Shown here: piece by piece, positions 31,372 to 40,715 of the stretch
Layout: every line of letters starts with the position of its first letter
How positions within the stretch are numbered: position 1 is the first letter of the stretch
Assembly (NCBI GenBank): GCA_043825985.1
Contig: JBDRRB010000062.1
Coordinates: forward strand, 1,245 to 65,244
Length of the DNA stretch: 64,000 bases
Source of the DNA: a bacterium
Lineage (GTDB): Bacteria; Patescibacteriota; Patescibacteriia; SG8-24
Direction: 5' to 3'
Program-made: the position numbers and the translations under genes
Notes under the pieces: generated by a model
What the model saw: only the letters and a program-made list of their open reading frames with translations
Told to the model about the DNA's origin: nothing
Databases searched by the model: none

Positions 31372-32103
31372 TCACTTCAGTCCGTGTTTCTTCTTGATGA
31401 TTCTTTCGGCCGCCTGGAACTTCTCGACCGGCCCGAGACGCAGGCCGAACCGCCGCCAGGGCAGCCGGTAGACGATTCCCGGCAGCCAGGTGCTGATCCC
31501 GCCCTTGTGGGGAATCGCCCTGAAAAGATATTCCGGTATCCAGACGCCGCGATGCCCCCGCTCCAGCATGGTCAGCCACAGGTCCCAGTCCTGCAGCCGC
31601 CGGACCGACTCGTCGAAGCCGGGAAAGTGCTCCCGCCGGATGAGCGACGTGGTATGGATGTAGTTGAGCTGCCGCAGGCGGTCGGCGTCGAACGGCCAAA
31701 AGCGAAACTTCTTCCAGCCGTAGCGGAACGAGCAGTAGGCGTAGGAGGCTTCGGGATTGTCTGCGAGCGTCTTTGCCATCCGTTCCAGGCAATCGGGCCG
31801 CATGACGATGTCGGCGTCGCAGAACAGCACCAGCCGTCCGCGGGAGCGTTCGAAGCCGCGGTTCCGGGCGGCGTTTCCGCCGCGGTTCTCCTGGCTGACG
31901 TAGTCGATCCGTTCCATGTACGGACCGAGTATCTCCTCCGTGCCGTCGGTCGAGCCGTCATTCACCACTATCACCTCAAAGTCCTGCCGGGTCTGGGCGA
32001 AGATGCTTTGAAGGCAAGCCGGCAATTCTCGCGCGTGCTGGTAGGCCGGAATGATGACGCTGATGGTCGGCTTCGGAGAGGAATTTTGTCTGTCTTCAGT
32101 CAT
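31372..32103 (-). CDS. GT2-family glycosyltransferase
   Basis: SVIIPAY, VNDGSTD, FCDADI, QDWDLW. Confidence 0.92.
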   Translation of the reverse strand: MTEDRQNSSPKPTISVIIPAYQHARELPACLQSIFAQTRQDFEVIVVNDGSTDGTEEILGPYMERIDYVSQENRGGNAARNRGFERSRGRLVLFCDADIVMRPDCLERMAKTLADNPEASYAYCSFRYGWKKFRFWPFDADRLRQLNYIHTTSLIRREHFPGFDESVRRLQDWDLWLTMLERGHRGVWIPEYLFRAIPHKGGISTWLPGIVYRLPWRRFGLRLGPVEKFQAAERIIKKKHGLK

Positions 32104-32115
32104 GCGAAAATGCCG

Positions 32116-33291
32116 CTAGGCTTTCGGGCCGGTCGCCCTGATCAGAATCTCCTCCAACTGACGAACCTGCCGGTCCTGTCCGTAGTCGGTTTCGACTCGC
32201 CGACGTCCACTCTCACCGAGTCGCTGCCGCAGTTCTTTGTCTTGCACCAGCTGCCGCAGCGCTGCCGCCAGGCTCGTCGGATCGCCCTCGTCGGCCAGCA
32301 GTCCGGTCTCATCTTCTAATACTGCTTCCGGCACCCCGCCGGTCCGCGTGCCGACCGTCGACTTGCCGAACAGCCCGGCCTCGACGTAGACGATGCCGAA
32401 ACCCTCCTGGTCGCCGCCACTGGCGTGCGGAGTCAGGACGAAAACGTCACAGGCGGACAGGGCCGCATGCAGATCCGCTTCGGACAGACGACCCAGAAAT
32501 GCAACGCTTGATTCCAAATTGAGTTCCTCGGCCAACTTCTCGAGCCGTTCCCGATCCGGACCATCACCGGCTATGAGCAGTTGAACCGACAATCCTTCGT
32601 CGACCAATATTCGCAAAACTTTCAGCTCGTCGTCGATCCCCTTCCGCCGCACCAGCCGACAGATCGTCAGCAGAACCAGATCCGATCCGGTCAGGCCGTG
32701 CCGGCGAAGAAAATTCTCTGCCGTCGCCGCCGGAATCCGCTCCGGCGCGTCGAGAGGCATCGAGGGCGGCGGCAGGACCACTTCGGCCCGCACCCGCCCT
32801 TCGGTCAACTTATCTACCAGGCCGGCCGTGTAGCGACTGTTGGCGATGACCGCCGCAGCATCACCAAGAACGCGCCGTGCCGCCCGCCGGTCCCGTCCCC
32901 CGTTCCCGTTCAGCACCAGGGCCACGTCCATGCCGTGCACGATGACCGCGTAGGGCACGCCGGTCAGACGACCGACCAGCCGGGCCGCCTTGCCCATGTT
33001 CATCAGGTGGCTGACCAGGATCAGGTCCGGCCGCTGCCGCCGCACCGACCGCCAGAGCCAAAAAAGGGTCGGCAGCCAACGCGGCCGCAGCCAACCCACT
33101 TCCAGCCGACGCCGTTCCACCTGCACCGAACCGAAAGCCGAACCGTCCGTCCCGTCGACAGTCGGCGCCAAGACACGCACCTCGCCTGTCCGGTAGCGGG
33201 TCGCGTAGTGGGCCAGATAGGTCGCCACCCCGCCGACGGCCGGCGGGAAGTCCACGGTCAGCAGCAGCAGGTTGCACCGGTCGGCACTCAT
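32116..33291 (-). CDS. GT4-family glycosyltransferase
   Basis: DFPPAVGGV, RLVRRKG, EGFGIVYVEA; ATG at 33291 overlaps the flippase stop. Confidence 0.92.
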   Translation of the reverse strand: MSADRCNLLLLTVDFPPAVGGVATYLAHYATRYRTGEVRVLAPTVDGTDGSAFGSVQVERRRLEVGWLRPRWLPTLFWLWRSVRRQRPDLILVSHLMNMGKAARLVGRLTGVPYAVIVHGMDVALVLNGNGGRDRRAARRVLGDAAAVIANSRYTAGLVDKLTEGRVRAEVVLPPPSMPLDAPERIPAATAENFLRRHGLTGSDLVLLTICRLVRRKGIDDELKVLRILVDEGLSVQLLIAGDGPDRERLEKLAEELNLESSVAFLGRLSEADLHAALSACDVFVLTPHASGGDQEGFGIVYVEAGLFGKSTVGTRTGGVPEAVLEDETGLLADEGDPTSLAAALRQLVQDKELRQRLGESGRRRVETDYGQDRQVRQLEEILIRATGPKA

Positions 33292-34919
33292 GACATCAGG
33301 TCGCTTACGCCCTTGCCGCGCCGCAGGAAGATGCTGGCCAGGATCTTCAGCTCGCTCAGGGTCACGGCACCGAACAGCAGAGCCGGAGCGACATAGGCCG
33401 CCACCCCGACCGGCACCAGCAGCAGCACGCTGACCTTCCCCCGCAGGGCCACCAGGACCAGCGACATGATGATCGCCGCGACCAGGGCCTTGCCGGCCTT
33501 GGCCCCGAAACGCCGCCAGTCCAGGCGCACCACGTCCCAGGAGAAGACTAGCGCCGACGACCACAACACCAGGTTGCCGGCGAGCGCCGCCACCGCGGCC
33601 CCGACCGGACCGTAGCGCGGGATCAGGATGACGTTCAGGACGATGTTGACGACCATGGTCAGGCCCATGGCCAAGGTGTTCCGGGCCTGACGGTCACAGG
33701 CGTTCAGCAGCGACCCGGCCGGCCAATAAAGGAAAGCGAAGACCAGCGAGGCCATCAGCACCTGCAGCGGCACGATCGCCCCGTTGAAGTCCGGCCCATA
33801 GAGCAGGCCGATGAACTGCGGGGCCAGCGAGCCGATCCCGGCGGCCAGCGGGAGCACGACGAGCGACAGGTAGGACAAAGACAGGGTGTAGATCCGGGAC
33901 AGGCCGCTCCGGTCGCCGGCGTACTGCTCGCTCATGGCCGGATAGACCGCGGCGGCGAAGGCCATCGGCAGGAACTGGAAGGCGAAGGCGATCTTGTAGG
34001 CCACGCCGTAGACGCCCACGGCCGACTCGGAGATCAGCTTCGAGAGCATGACCGAGTCGATGTAGGAATAGACCCGCGAAAAAATGCCGGCCAGGGCGAA
34101 CGGCACGGTGATCCGCCAGAAGAAACGGACGACTGGTGGTTCCAGTCGGAAGTTCAGGGCCGACAGGCCGAATCGACGCCGCAGCACGATCGCCGACCAG
34201 AGCACGTTGGCCAGGCTGCCGCACAGCAGGGCCACGACCAGAAAGTGCAGCGGCAGGCCTAAGGCGATGAAGGTCAGCCCGGCCCCGATCGACACCACCT
34301 GCCCGCCGACCACGCCGATCGCCTCGTAGCGCAGGTTCTGGAACCCGCGCATGGCGGCGTACAGGACCAGGTGAATCGAGTCGAGCACCATGACCGCGCT
34401 GGCGATGGCGATCATCAGCTGGGTCTGGGGGTGGTAGTTCAGGATCCGGGACGTGACCGAGACGGCGACGACCGTCAGCACGGCCAGCACGACCTTCATG
34501 CCCAAAACGTTCGACAGCAGCGACCCGGCCCGCGACCGGTCCTTGGCCACCTCGCGCACCAGCACGTTGGCCAGCCCCAGGTCGACGAAGATCGAGAACA
34601 TGGTAGTCAGCGAGACGGCCAGGAAATACTTCCCGGCCCCGTCCACCCCGACCGCCCGGGCGACGATGGTGAAATAGACGAAGGACAGCACCTTCTGCCC
34701 GACGAAAGCGGCCACCAGATAGGCCGTATTTTTGACTACTTTTTCTCCCGAGAGCCTGTCCGGAATCTCCTTCCTGGGATTTTTCGGGTCTTGTTTCGAG
34801 CGAAGGGCCGGAAGGTCGACGTGGCGCAGCGGTGTCTGCGGAGAGGAGACCTGACGGTTCTGTAGCCGAAAAAAGACCGAAAAAAACCGGAAAAGGAGGT
34901 TTCGGATAGGCTCAAGCAT
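33288..34919 (-). CDS. Wzx-type polysaccharide flippase
   Basis: KNTAY, DLGL, IDSVML, VGVYGVA, NVILIPRYG; many TMs; start uncertain. Confidence 0.9.
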   Translation of the reverse strand: MLEPIRNLLFRFFSVFFRLQNRQVSSPQTPLRHVDLPALRSKQDPKNPRKEIPDRLSGEKVVKNTAYLVAAFVGQKVLSFVYFTIVARAVGVDGAGKYFLAVSLTTMFSIFVDLGLANVLVREVAKDRSRAGSLLSNVLGMKVVLAVLTVVAVSVTSRILNYHPQTQLMIAIASAVMVLDSIHLVLYAAMRGFQNLRYEAIGVVGGQVVSIGAGLTFIALGLPLHFLVVALLCGSLANVLWSAIVLRRRFGLSALNFRLEPPVVRFFWRITVPFALAGIFSRVYSYIDSVMLSKLISESAVGVYGVAYKIAFAFQFLPMAFAAAVYPAMSEQYAGDRSGLSRIYTLSLSYLSLVVLPLAAGIGSLAPQFIGLLYGPDFNGAIVPLQVLMASLVFAFLYWPAGSLLNACDRQARNTLAMGLTMVVNIVLNVILIPRYGPVGAAVAALAGNLVLWSSALVFSWDVVRLDWRRFGAKAGKALVAAIIMSLVLVALRGKVSVLLLVPVGVAAYVAPALLFGAVTLSELKILASIFLRRGKGVSDLMS

Positions 34920-34927
34920 ATGAGGGA

Positions 34928-34956
34928 ATCTTACCGGCCGGAACCCCAGACTTCAA
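34928..34956 (-). promoter_or_regulatory. Sigma70 promoter of the glycan operon (near-leaderless)
   Basis: Minus strand TTGAAG-17 bp-TAAGAT, 8 nt before ATG 34919. Confidence 0.55.
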
Positions 34957-35019
34957 GGAAACACCGAACTAAAACTTCCATCCCCAAAAAGTGCTCCGAA
35001 AGCTCACCTCCAAGTCTGA

Positions 35020-35143
35020 CGGGGCCCCGAACGGGATGCAGTGTATCCGGCTGGACTGAGGGAAGTTCGCGAGGCGCACTGAATCGGTGCGACGACCGAA
35101 TCCCCGAAGGAAGCCGGATGCAATGCGCCCGTTCTGGGACCCG
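35020..35143 (+). ncRNA. Unassigned ~124-nt rod-like structured RNA
   Basis: Long interrupted hairpin; three G-U wobbles that work only on the + strand. Confidence 0.55.
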
Positions 35144-35147
35144 CATG

Positions 35148-35179
35148 AAACCAAAAGCCGGCCCCGTGGGAGGCCGGCT
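35148..35179 (-). terminator. rpsI terminator
   Basis: Minus strand AGCCGGCC / GGCCGGCT followed by TTTGGTTT. Confidence 0.75.
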
Positions 35180-35199
35180 CGGATTTCTTGAAAATGGTC

Positions 35200-35763
<564 letters not shown>

Positions 35764-35767
35764 AGGG

Positions 35768-36133
35768 TTAGTCATTGTGAACCTTGAGTCTCTTCATTCG
35801 ACCGTTCTGCAGCCGGTTCTTGGGCAGCATGTTCTTGACCGCCCGGCGGATGGCGTCGGCCGGATCCTTGGCCATGACGTCCTTGAGCTGGCGTTCCTTC
35901 ATTCCGCCCGGATATCCGGAGTAGTGGTAGTACTTCTTCTGCTCGAGCTTGTTTCCCAGAACCTTAACCAGGGCCGCGTTGCGGATCTCGACGATGTCGC
36001 CGACGTCCTTCTGCGGCTCGTACTGCGGCTTGTGCTTGCCCATAAGCAGCGTAGCCGTCTCGCTCGCCACCCGTCCGATGCTTCGTCCGGCGGCGTCGAT
36101 CTTGACCGTTTCCCTTTTGATAGAGGTTGCCAT
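35768..36133 (-). CDS. rplM: 50S ribosomal protein L13 (short form)
   Basis: IDAAG..GRVAS, GKHKP, YYHYSGYPGG, MLPKN. Confidence 0.95.
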   Translation of the reverse strand: MATSIKRETVKIDAAGRSIGRVASETATLLMGKHKPQYEPQKDVGDIVEIRNAALVKVLGNKLEQKKYYHYSGYPGGMKERQLKDVMAKDPADAIRRAVKNMLPKNRLQNGRMKRLKVHND

Positions 36134-36137
36134 AATG

Positions 36138-36488
36138 CTAGACCAGTTCAATCTGAACCATCTCCGCACCGTCGCCCTGCCGAAACCCGACGCCGGTGAT
36201 CCTGGTGTAGCCGCCGTTTCGGTCCACGTAGCGCGGACCGAGCTCCTCCACGACCTTCTTGACCGCGTTGTCGCCGTAGACGACCCGGTTGATCCGGCGC
36301 CGTGCGGCCAAATCACCCTTCCGGCCGTCAGTGATCAGCTTCTCCACCATCGACTGAACCGCCTTGGCCTTGGCCTTGGTGGTCTGGACCCTCTCGTAGA
36401 GGATGACGCTGGTGGCCAAGCTGCGCAGCAGCGCCTCACGCGGCCCCTTCTTCCTGTCTAGAGTTTTTCCTACCTTGCGGTGGCGCAT
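36138..36488 (-). CDS. rplQ: 50S ribosomal protein L17
   Basis: MRHRK, TTKAKAK, RNGGYTRI, GDGA. Confidence 0.97.
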   Translation of the reverse strand: MRHRKVGKTLDRKKGPREALLRSLATSVILYERVQTTKAKAKAVQSMVEKLITDGRKGDLAARRRINRVVYGDNAVKKVVEELGPRYVDRNGGYTRITGVGFRQGDGAEMVQIELV

Positions 36489-36508
36489 ACTATTCAGTCC
36501 CTACTCCC

Positions 36509-37330
36509 CTATTCGGAGGATTTCTTCTTGCCCTTCTTGGATTTCTTCTCCTCGACCTCTTCCTCCTCCGTCTCGGACCCGACCGGTTCGCCGTCGTCGG
36601 CCGCGGCCGGCTCGTCGCTGTCGCCATTCTCCTCCGGGGCGGAACCGTGGTTGGACAGCAGGGAGAAGTAGTCGAGCAGGATGCAGACCGACTGGTCGAT
36701 CGCCTCCTTCGGGGTGATGGTGCCGTCGGTCTCGATGTTCATCGTCAGCCGGTCGTAGTTGGTGACGTCACCGACACGGGCGTTCTCCACCTGGTAGCCG
36801 ACCTCACGGACCGGAGAGAAGACGGCGTCGACCGCGATCGTCCCCAGTTCCGGCGTCTCGTCGCTGCGTTCCTCGACCGTGACGTAGCCGCGTCCGCGCT
36901 CGACGATGATCTCCATCTCGAAACTGGACTTCTTGTCGGTCAGCGTGGCGATGTGCAGCTCCGGGTTGGCGATCTCCACGTCCGAGTTGGCCTCGATGTC
37001 GGCGGCCGTCACTTCCTTCTCGCCCTTGGCGGACAGGTGCAGGCGGACCGGGGCGTCGGAGAAGACGCGCAGGCGCAGCTCCTTGAGGTTGAGGACTATC
37101 TCCAGGATGTCCTCCTTCACGCCGTCGATGCCCGAAAACTCGTGCTGCGCGCCGATGATCTTGACCGCCGTCACGGCCGCACCCGGCAGGGAGGACAGCA
37201 GTACCCGACGCAGGGTATTGCCGAGCGTCGTGCCGTAGCCGTGGTAGCACGGCTCGACCACCAGGGTGGCGGTGTTCTCGTCCTCACCCGGGCTTAGCTC
37301 GATCTTGGATGGTAGCAATATTTCTTCCAT
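36509..37330 (-). CDS. rpoA: RNA polymerase alpha subunit (no alpha-CTD)
   Basis: GYGTTLGNTLRRVLLSS, HEF..I.GVKED, GRGYV, ETDGTITP. Confidence 0.96.
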   Translation of the reverse strand: MEEILLPSKIELSPGEDENTATLVVEPCYHGYGTTLGNTLRRVLLSSLPGAAVTAVKIIGAQHEFSGIDGVKEDILEIVLNLKELRLRVFSDAPVRLHLSAKGEKEVTAADIEANSDVEIANPELHIATLTDKKSSFEMEIIVERGRGYVTVEERSDETPELGTIAVDAVFSPVREVGYQVENARVGDVTNYDRLTMNIETDGTITPKEAIDQSVCILLDYFSLLSNHGSAPEENGDSDEPAAADDGEPVGSETEEEEVEEKKSKKGKKKSSE

Positions 37331-37358
37331 ATTGATGCTCCTCCTATTTTAGCCCCGC

Positions 37359-37991
37359 CTAGCGCGAGTAGAACTCGACGATCAGCTGGGGATTGAAATT
37401 TTGCTTGAGGTCCTCGTCCTTCGGCGCGTGCAGGACCTTGCCCGACACCTCCTTGGCGTCAAGGTGCAGCCAGCCTGGGGTAAGGTGCTGCTCCAGCCGG
37501 GAGGTCAGGTCGTTCTGCATGGACGGGCGGGCCTTGGTCCGGGCGGACAGGGTGATGATGTCGCCCTCCTTGACCTGATACGACGGGATCGAAACGGTCC
37601 GGCCGTTGACCAGGACGTGGCCATGGTTGACGGTCTGCCTGGCGATGGCCCTCGAACGGGCGAAGCCGAGGCGGAAGACGACGTTGTCGAGCCGCATCTC
37701 GAGCAGCTGGACCATGGTGTCGGTCGTGTTGCCGGTCTTGCCCTTGGCCGTGTCGAAGTAGCGCCGGAACTGACGCTCCAACAGTCCGTAGGTGCTCTTG
37801 GCCTTCTGCTTCTCGCGCAGCTGAATGCCGTACGGGGTCGGCCGGACGCGGTTAACCGGACCGTGCACGCCCGGACGGTATGCCCGCTTGACCATCGGAC
37901 ACTTGGCCGTCAGGCACTTGTCCCCCTTCAGGTGCAGCTTCTCGCCCTCGCGGCGGCACTGCTTGCATTTTGGTTCAAGATTCCTTCCCAT
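37359..37991 (-). CDS. rpsD: 30S ribosomal protein S4
   Basis: CKQCRREG, QLREKQK, LEMRLDNVVFRLG, IVEFYSR. Confidence 0.97.
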   Translation of the reverse strand: MGRNLEPKCKQCRREGEKLHLKGDKCLTAKCPMVKRAYRPGVHGPVNRVRPTPYGIQLREKQKAKSTYGLLERQFRRYFDTAKGKTGNTTDTMVQLLEMRLDNVVFRLGFARSRAIARQTVNHGHVLVNGRTVSIPSYQVKEGDIITLSARTKARPSMQNDLTSRLEQHLTPGWLHLDAKEVSGKVLHAPKDEDLKQNFNPQLIVEFYSR

Positions 37992-37997
37992 AGGTCA

Positions 37998-38492
37998 TCA
38001 GATACGCCGCGGCTTGGGAGCCCGGCAGCCGTTATGCGGAATCGGTGTCACGTCCTTGATCGCGCTGACGATCAGCCCGTTGGCGTGCAGCGCGCGGATG
38101 GCGCCCTCGCGTCCGGAGCCGATGCCCCGAACGAAGACCATCACTTCCTTGAGTCCGGTCTCGTGCACCTTGTCGCAGACGTCCTTGACGATGACGCTGG
38201 CGGCGTACGGGGTGGACTTCTTCGGTCCGCGGAACCCGCAGACGCCGGCCGAGGACCAGCCCAGCACGTTGCCGTGCTGGTCGGTCAGGGTGACGATGGT
38301 GTTGTTGTAGGTGGCCTGAATGTAGGCCCGACCGAAGGACACGCTCTTGATCGTCTTCTTCTTTCCGCCACGTCCGCGCACGTTGCGGACCGGCTTCTTT
38401 CCGCCCTGGGTCGAGGAAGCCTTCTGGTCGCCGGCGACGGCCGGTTCCTGGGGCTCCTGGACGGCGGTATTGTTGGCCATTTCTTCTGCCAT
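37998..38492 (-). CDS. rpsK: 30S ribosomal protein S11
   Basis: TYNNTIVT, KKSTPYAA, DVTPIPHNGCR. Confidence 0.97.
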   Translation of the reverse strand: MAEEMANNTAVQEPQEPAVAGDQKASSTQGGKKPVRNVRGRGGKKKTIKSVSFGRAYIQATYNNTIVTLTDQHGNVLGWSSAGVCGFRGPKKSTPYAASVIVKDVCDKVHETGLKEVMVFVRGIGSGREGAIRALHANGLIVSAIKDVTPIPHNGCRAPKPRRI

Positions 38493-38514
38493 ACAGAGTT
38501 CAGTTCGTCGACGG

Positions 38515-38898
38515 TTACTTCTTATCGACCTTGGTGCGTCCGGAAGCCATGGTCCGGCGGACGTTGCCGCGCACCGTACGGCAGTTGGTCTTGGTCCGCT
38601 GGCCGCGGGCCGGCAGCGACTTGATGTGCCGCAGTCCGCGGTAGCAGCCGATCTCCTTGAGGCGCTTGATGCTGGCCGCGACCTCCCGGCGCAGCTCGCC
38701 CTCGACTCGGTACTGCTTCTCGATCACCTCGCGCAGCTTGTTCACCTCGGCGTCAGGCAGGTCGTTCATCCTGATGTCCGGGCTGATCTTGAGCTTGGAC
38801 AGGATCTCGTTGGAGCGACTCCGCCCGATGCCCTTGATGTAGGTCAGGGCGATCTCGATGCGCTTGTTGGGTAGTGTTATGCCGGCGATACGGGCCAT
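38515..38898 (-). CDS. rpsM: 30S ribosomal protein S13
   Basis: [20 protein letters not shown]. Confidence 0.97.
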   Translation of the reverse strand: MARIAGITLPNKRIEIALTYIKGIGRSRSNEILSKLKISPDIRMNDLPDAEVNKLREVIEKQYRVEGELRREVAASIKRLKEIGCYRGLRHIKSLPARGQRTKTNCRTVRGNVRRTMASGRTKVDKK

Positions 38899-38940
38899 AG
38901 TCTTTCGGTAGATGATTCCAAAATGAATTTCGCGCCGCCC

Positions 38941-39054
38941 TTAGCCCTGGCGCTGCTTGTGCCGTGCGGTCTGGCAGATCACGTATAGGCGGTTCTTGCG
39001 CCTGATGACCTTGCAGTTGCGGCAGATTTTCTTTACGGAAGCTCTGACTTTCAT
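38941..39054 (-). CDS. rpmJ: 50S ribosomal protein L36 (Zn-binding; absent from the ORF track)
   Basis: Manual translation [37 protein letters not shown]. Confidence 0.97.
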   Translation of the reverse strand: MKVRASVKKICRNCKVIRRKNRLYVICQTARHKQRQG

Positions 39055-39263
39055 GTTCCTGGCGACTCAACTCGTCTCCGGATCCCGGTGGGCGGTTTCT
39101 GTTTCTTATAAATAAATAGACCTCCTGTTTCCAGAGGCTTTAAACGGAAAGGCACCCAGTGCTTCTCCACCTAGCTTCGGAAACGGGGATTTTACGATCT
39201 TCAGGACACGAACGACCGATCCGACACCAGATTCTGACTGCAGCCTGACGGCACAGACGAAAA

Positions 39264-39548
39264 CTAGTAGCGGTAGGTAATCCTGCCCTTTGAGAGATCG
39301 TACGGGGTCATCTCCACCTTCACCTCGTCACCCGGGAGCAGTCTGATGCGGAACATCCGCATCTTGCCCGACAGATGAGCAAGGATGGTCTGGCCGTTGT
39401 CTAGCCGGACCTTGAAGGTTCCCGCCGGAAGGCTTTCCTCGACGACACCGTTGAACTCGATGAACCCCTTGGAGACGTTCTGGTCATCCCCGCTGGCGCC
39501 ATCCCCCGTTCGCTTCTTCTTTTTAGCTTTCCTGAACCTTGCAGCCAT
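39264..39548 (-). CDS. infA: Translation initiation factor IF-1
   Basis: [33 protein letters not shown]. Confidence 0.96.
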   Translation of the reverse strand: MAARFRKAKKKKRTGDGASGDDQNVSKGFIEFNGVVEESLPAGTFKVRLDNGQTILAHLSGKMRMFRIRLLPGDEVKVEMTPYDLSKGRITYRY

Positions 39549-39630
39549 AGTGGCTGAAGAATAGCGAAATTAAGGGAAAAACGCAATCGGGTGAAGGACC
39601 TTCTTCTCCTAGGTTCACCGAAGCACCACT

Positions 39631-39658
39631 ATTTTAGCAGCATTCTCGGAGCTGTCAA
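39631..39658 (-). promoter_or_regulatory. Sigma70 promoter of the infA/alpha operon
   Basis: Minus strand TTGACA-16 bp-TAAAAT. Confidence 0.75.
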
Positions 39659-39705
39659 GCGCCGAAACCACGACCGGCCGCGACAGGCGCTGAATTAGGC
39701 CTGCC

Positions 39706-40530
39706 CTAGCCCCGACTGTCCCGGTCTTGGCTGGCCAGGGACGGGTCATACATGACCCGGGCCAGGTTATGCAGCAGGTCCTCCTCCACGATCAGCTGAC
39801 CGGTGCTGGCGTCCACGACTTCGCGCCACAGCTGATTTTCCCGCCACCAGACACCTTCGGCGTCGGCAAAGAAGCGGTGGTCCCGTTCGACCACGTGATA
39901 GCGACGGAATGTTTCGGCGTCGGCAAAAAGCGCCCCGTACAGGAATCGCTCCCCTACCCGTACCCTAAGCCGAAAGGTCAGGTTGGTCCGGTTTACGGCC
40001 TGGAGGTCAACGTAGTTGTAGAAGACCGTGGCGCCGGAACCGAACGGCAGCACGCGACCGGAATCGGGAAAGACGTCGTACCCGTGCCGAAACCGCTCAG
40101 TCACCTCGAGCGGCGAATGCAGGAACAGCCAGTACAGGAGGTTGCCCATCTGGCACAGTCCGCCGCCCACGCCCTCGATGACCTGGCCCTGCGACAGCAG
40201 CATGCCCGGGACGAAACCGCGGCGCGCCGACGGTCGCCCGACCAGCCGCCAAAATGAAAACGTCTCCCCCGGACGGATGACCGTGTTGTCGATCGCCGCC
40301 GCGGCCAGCCGGAGATTGGTCACCTTGTTGTGCTGCAGGCGCAGATCGGACACGCCGAGCGTGCGGATCAGCACCGACCGGTGACGGGCGATCCTGAACG
40401 TCGTCTCGGGACCGGAACGCGGTCGGGCATAGCGGACGCGGCTGAACGCCTGACGAAGCCTCCGCCGAAGGCGATGACGTTCGACGTTCAGGGCATAGAG
40501 CCAGGGATGTGCGGCGCGGCTGATGGGCAT
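39706..40530 (-). CDS. VanW-family protein
   Basis: NLRLAA, PGETFSF, GGGLCQ, GATVFY..VDL. Confidence 0.9.
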   Translation of the reverse strand: MPISRAAHPWLYALNVERHRLRRRLRQAFSRVRYARPRSGPETTFRIARHRSVLIRTLGVSDLRLQHNKVTNLRLAAAAIDNTVIRPGETFSFWRLVGRPSARRGFVPGMLLSQGQVIEGVGGGLCQMGNLLYWLFLHSPLEVTERFRHGYDVFPDSGRVLPFGSGATVFYNYVDLQAVNRTNLTFRLRVRVGERFLYGALFADAETFRRYHVVERDHRFFADAEGVWWRENQLWREVVDASTGQLIVEEDLLHNLARVMYDPSLASQDRDSRG

Positions 40531-40715
40531 ACTGGAATCATGGACGGACCGAAATATACGACGACAATCGTATCACATCCAGGGAGCCTGCTATCAAGGC
40601 ATTCGAATGGGCCCGATCAGGCCACACACCATTCGACAGAACAAGAGAACTGTTTCCGACAAAAAGACAAAGCCGTCGGCCTGACGACCGACGACCTTTT
40701 CTTCAAGAACGCGCC

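Noticed and set aside
39706-40530. Vancomycin resistance locus
   Set aside because: Lone VanW-domain gene with no vanHAX or vanRS
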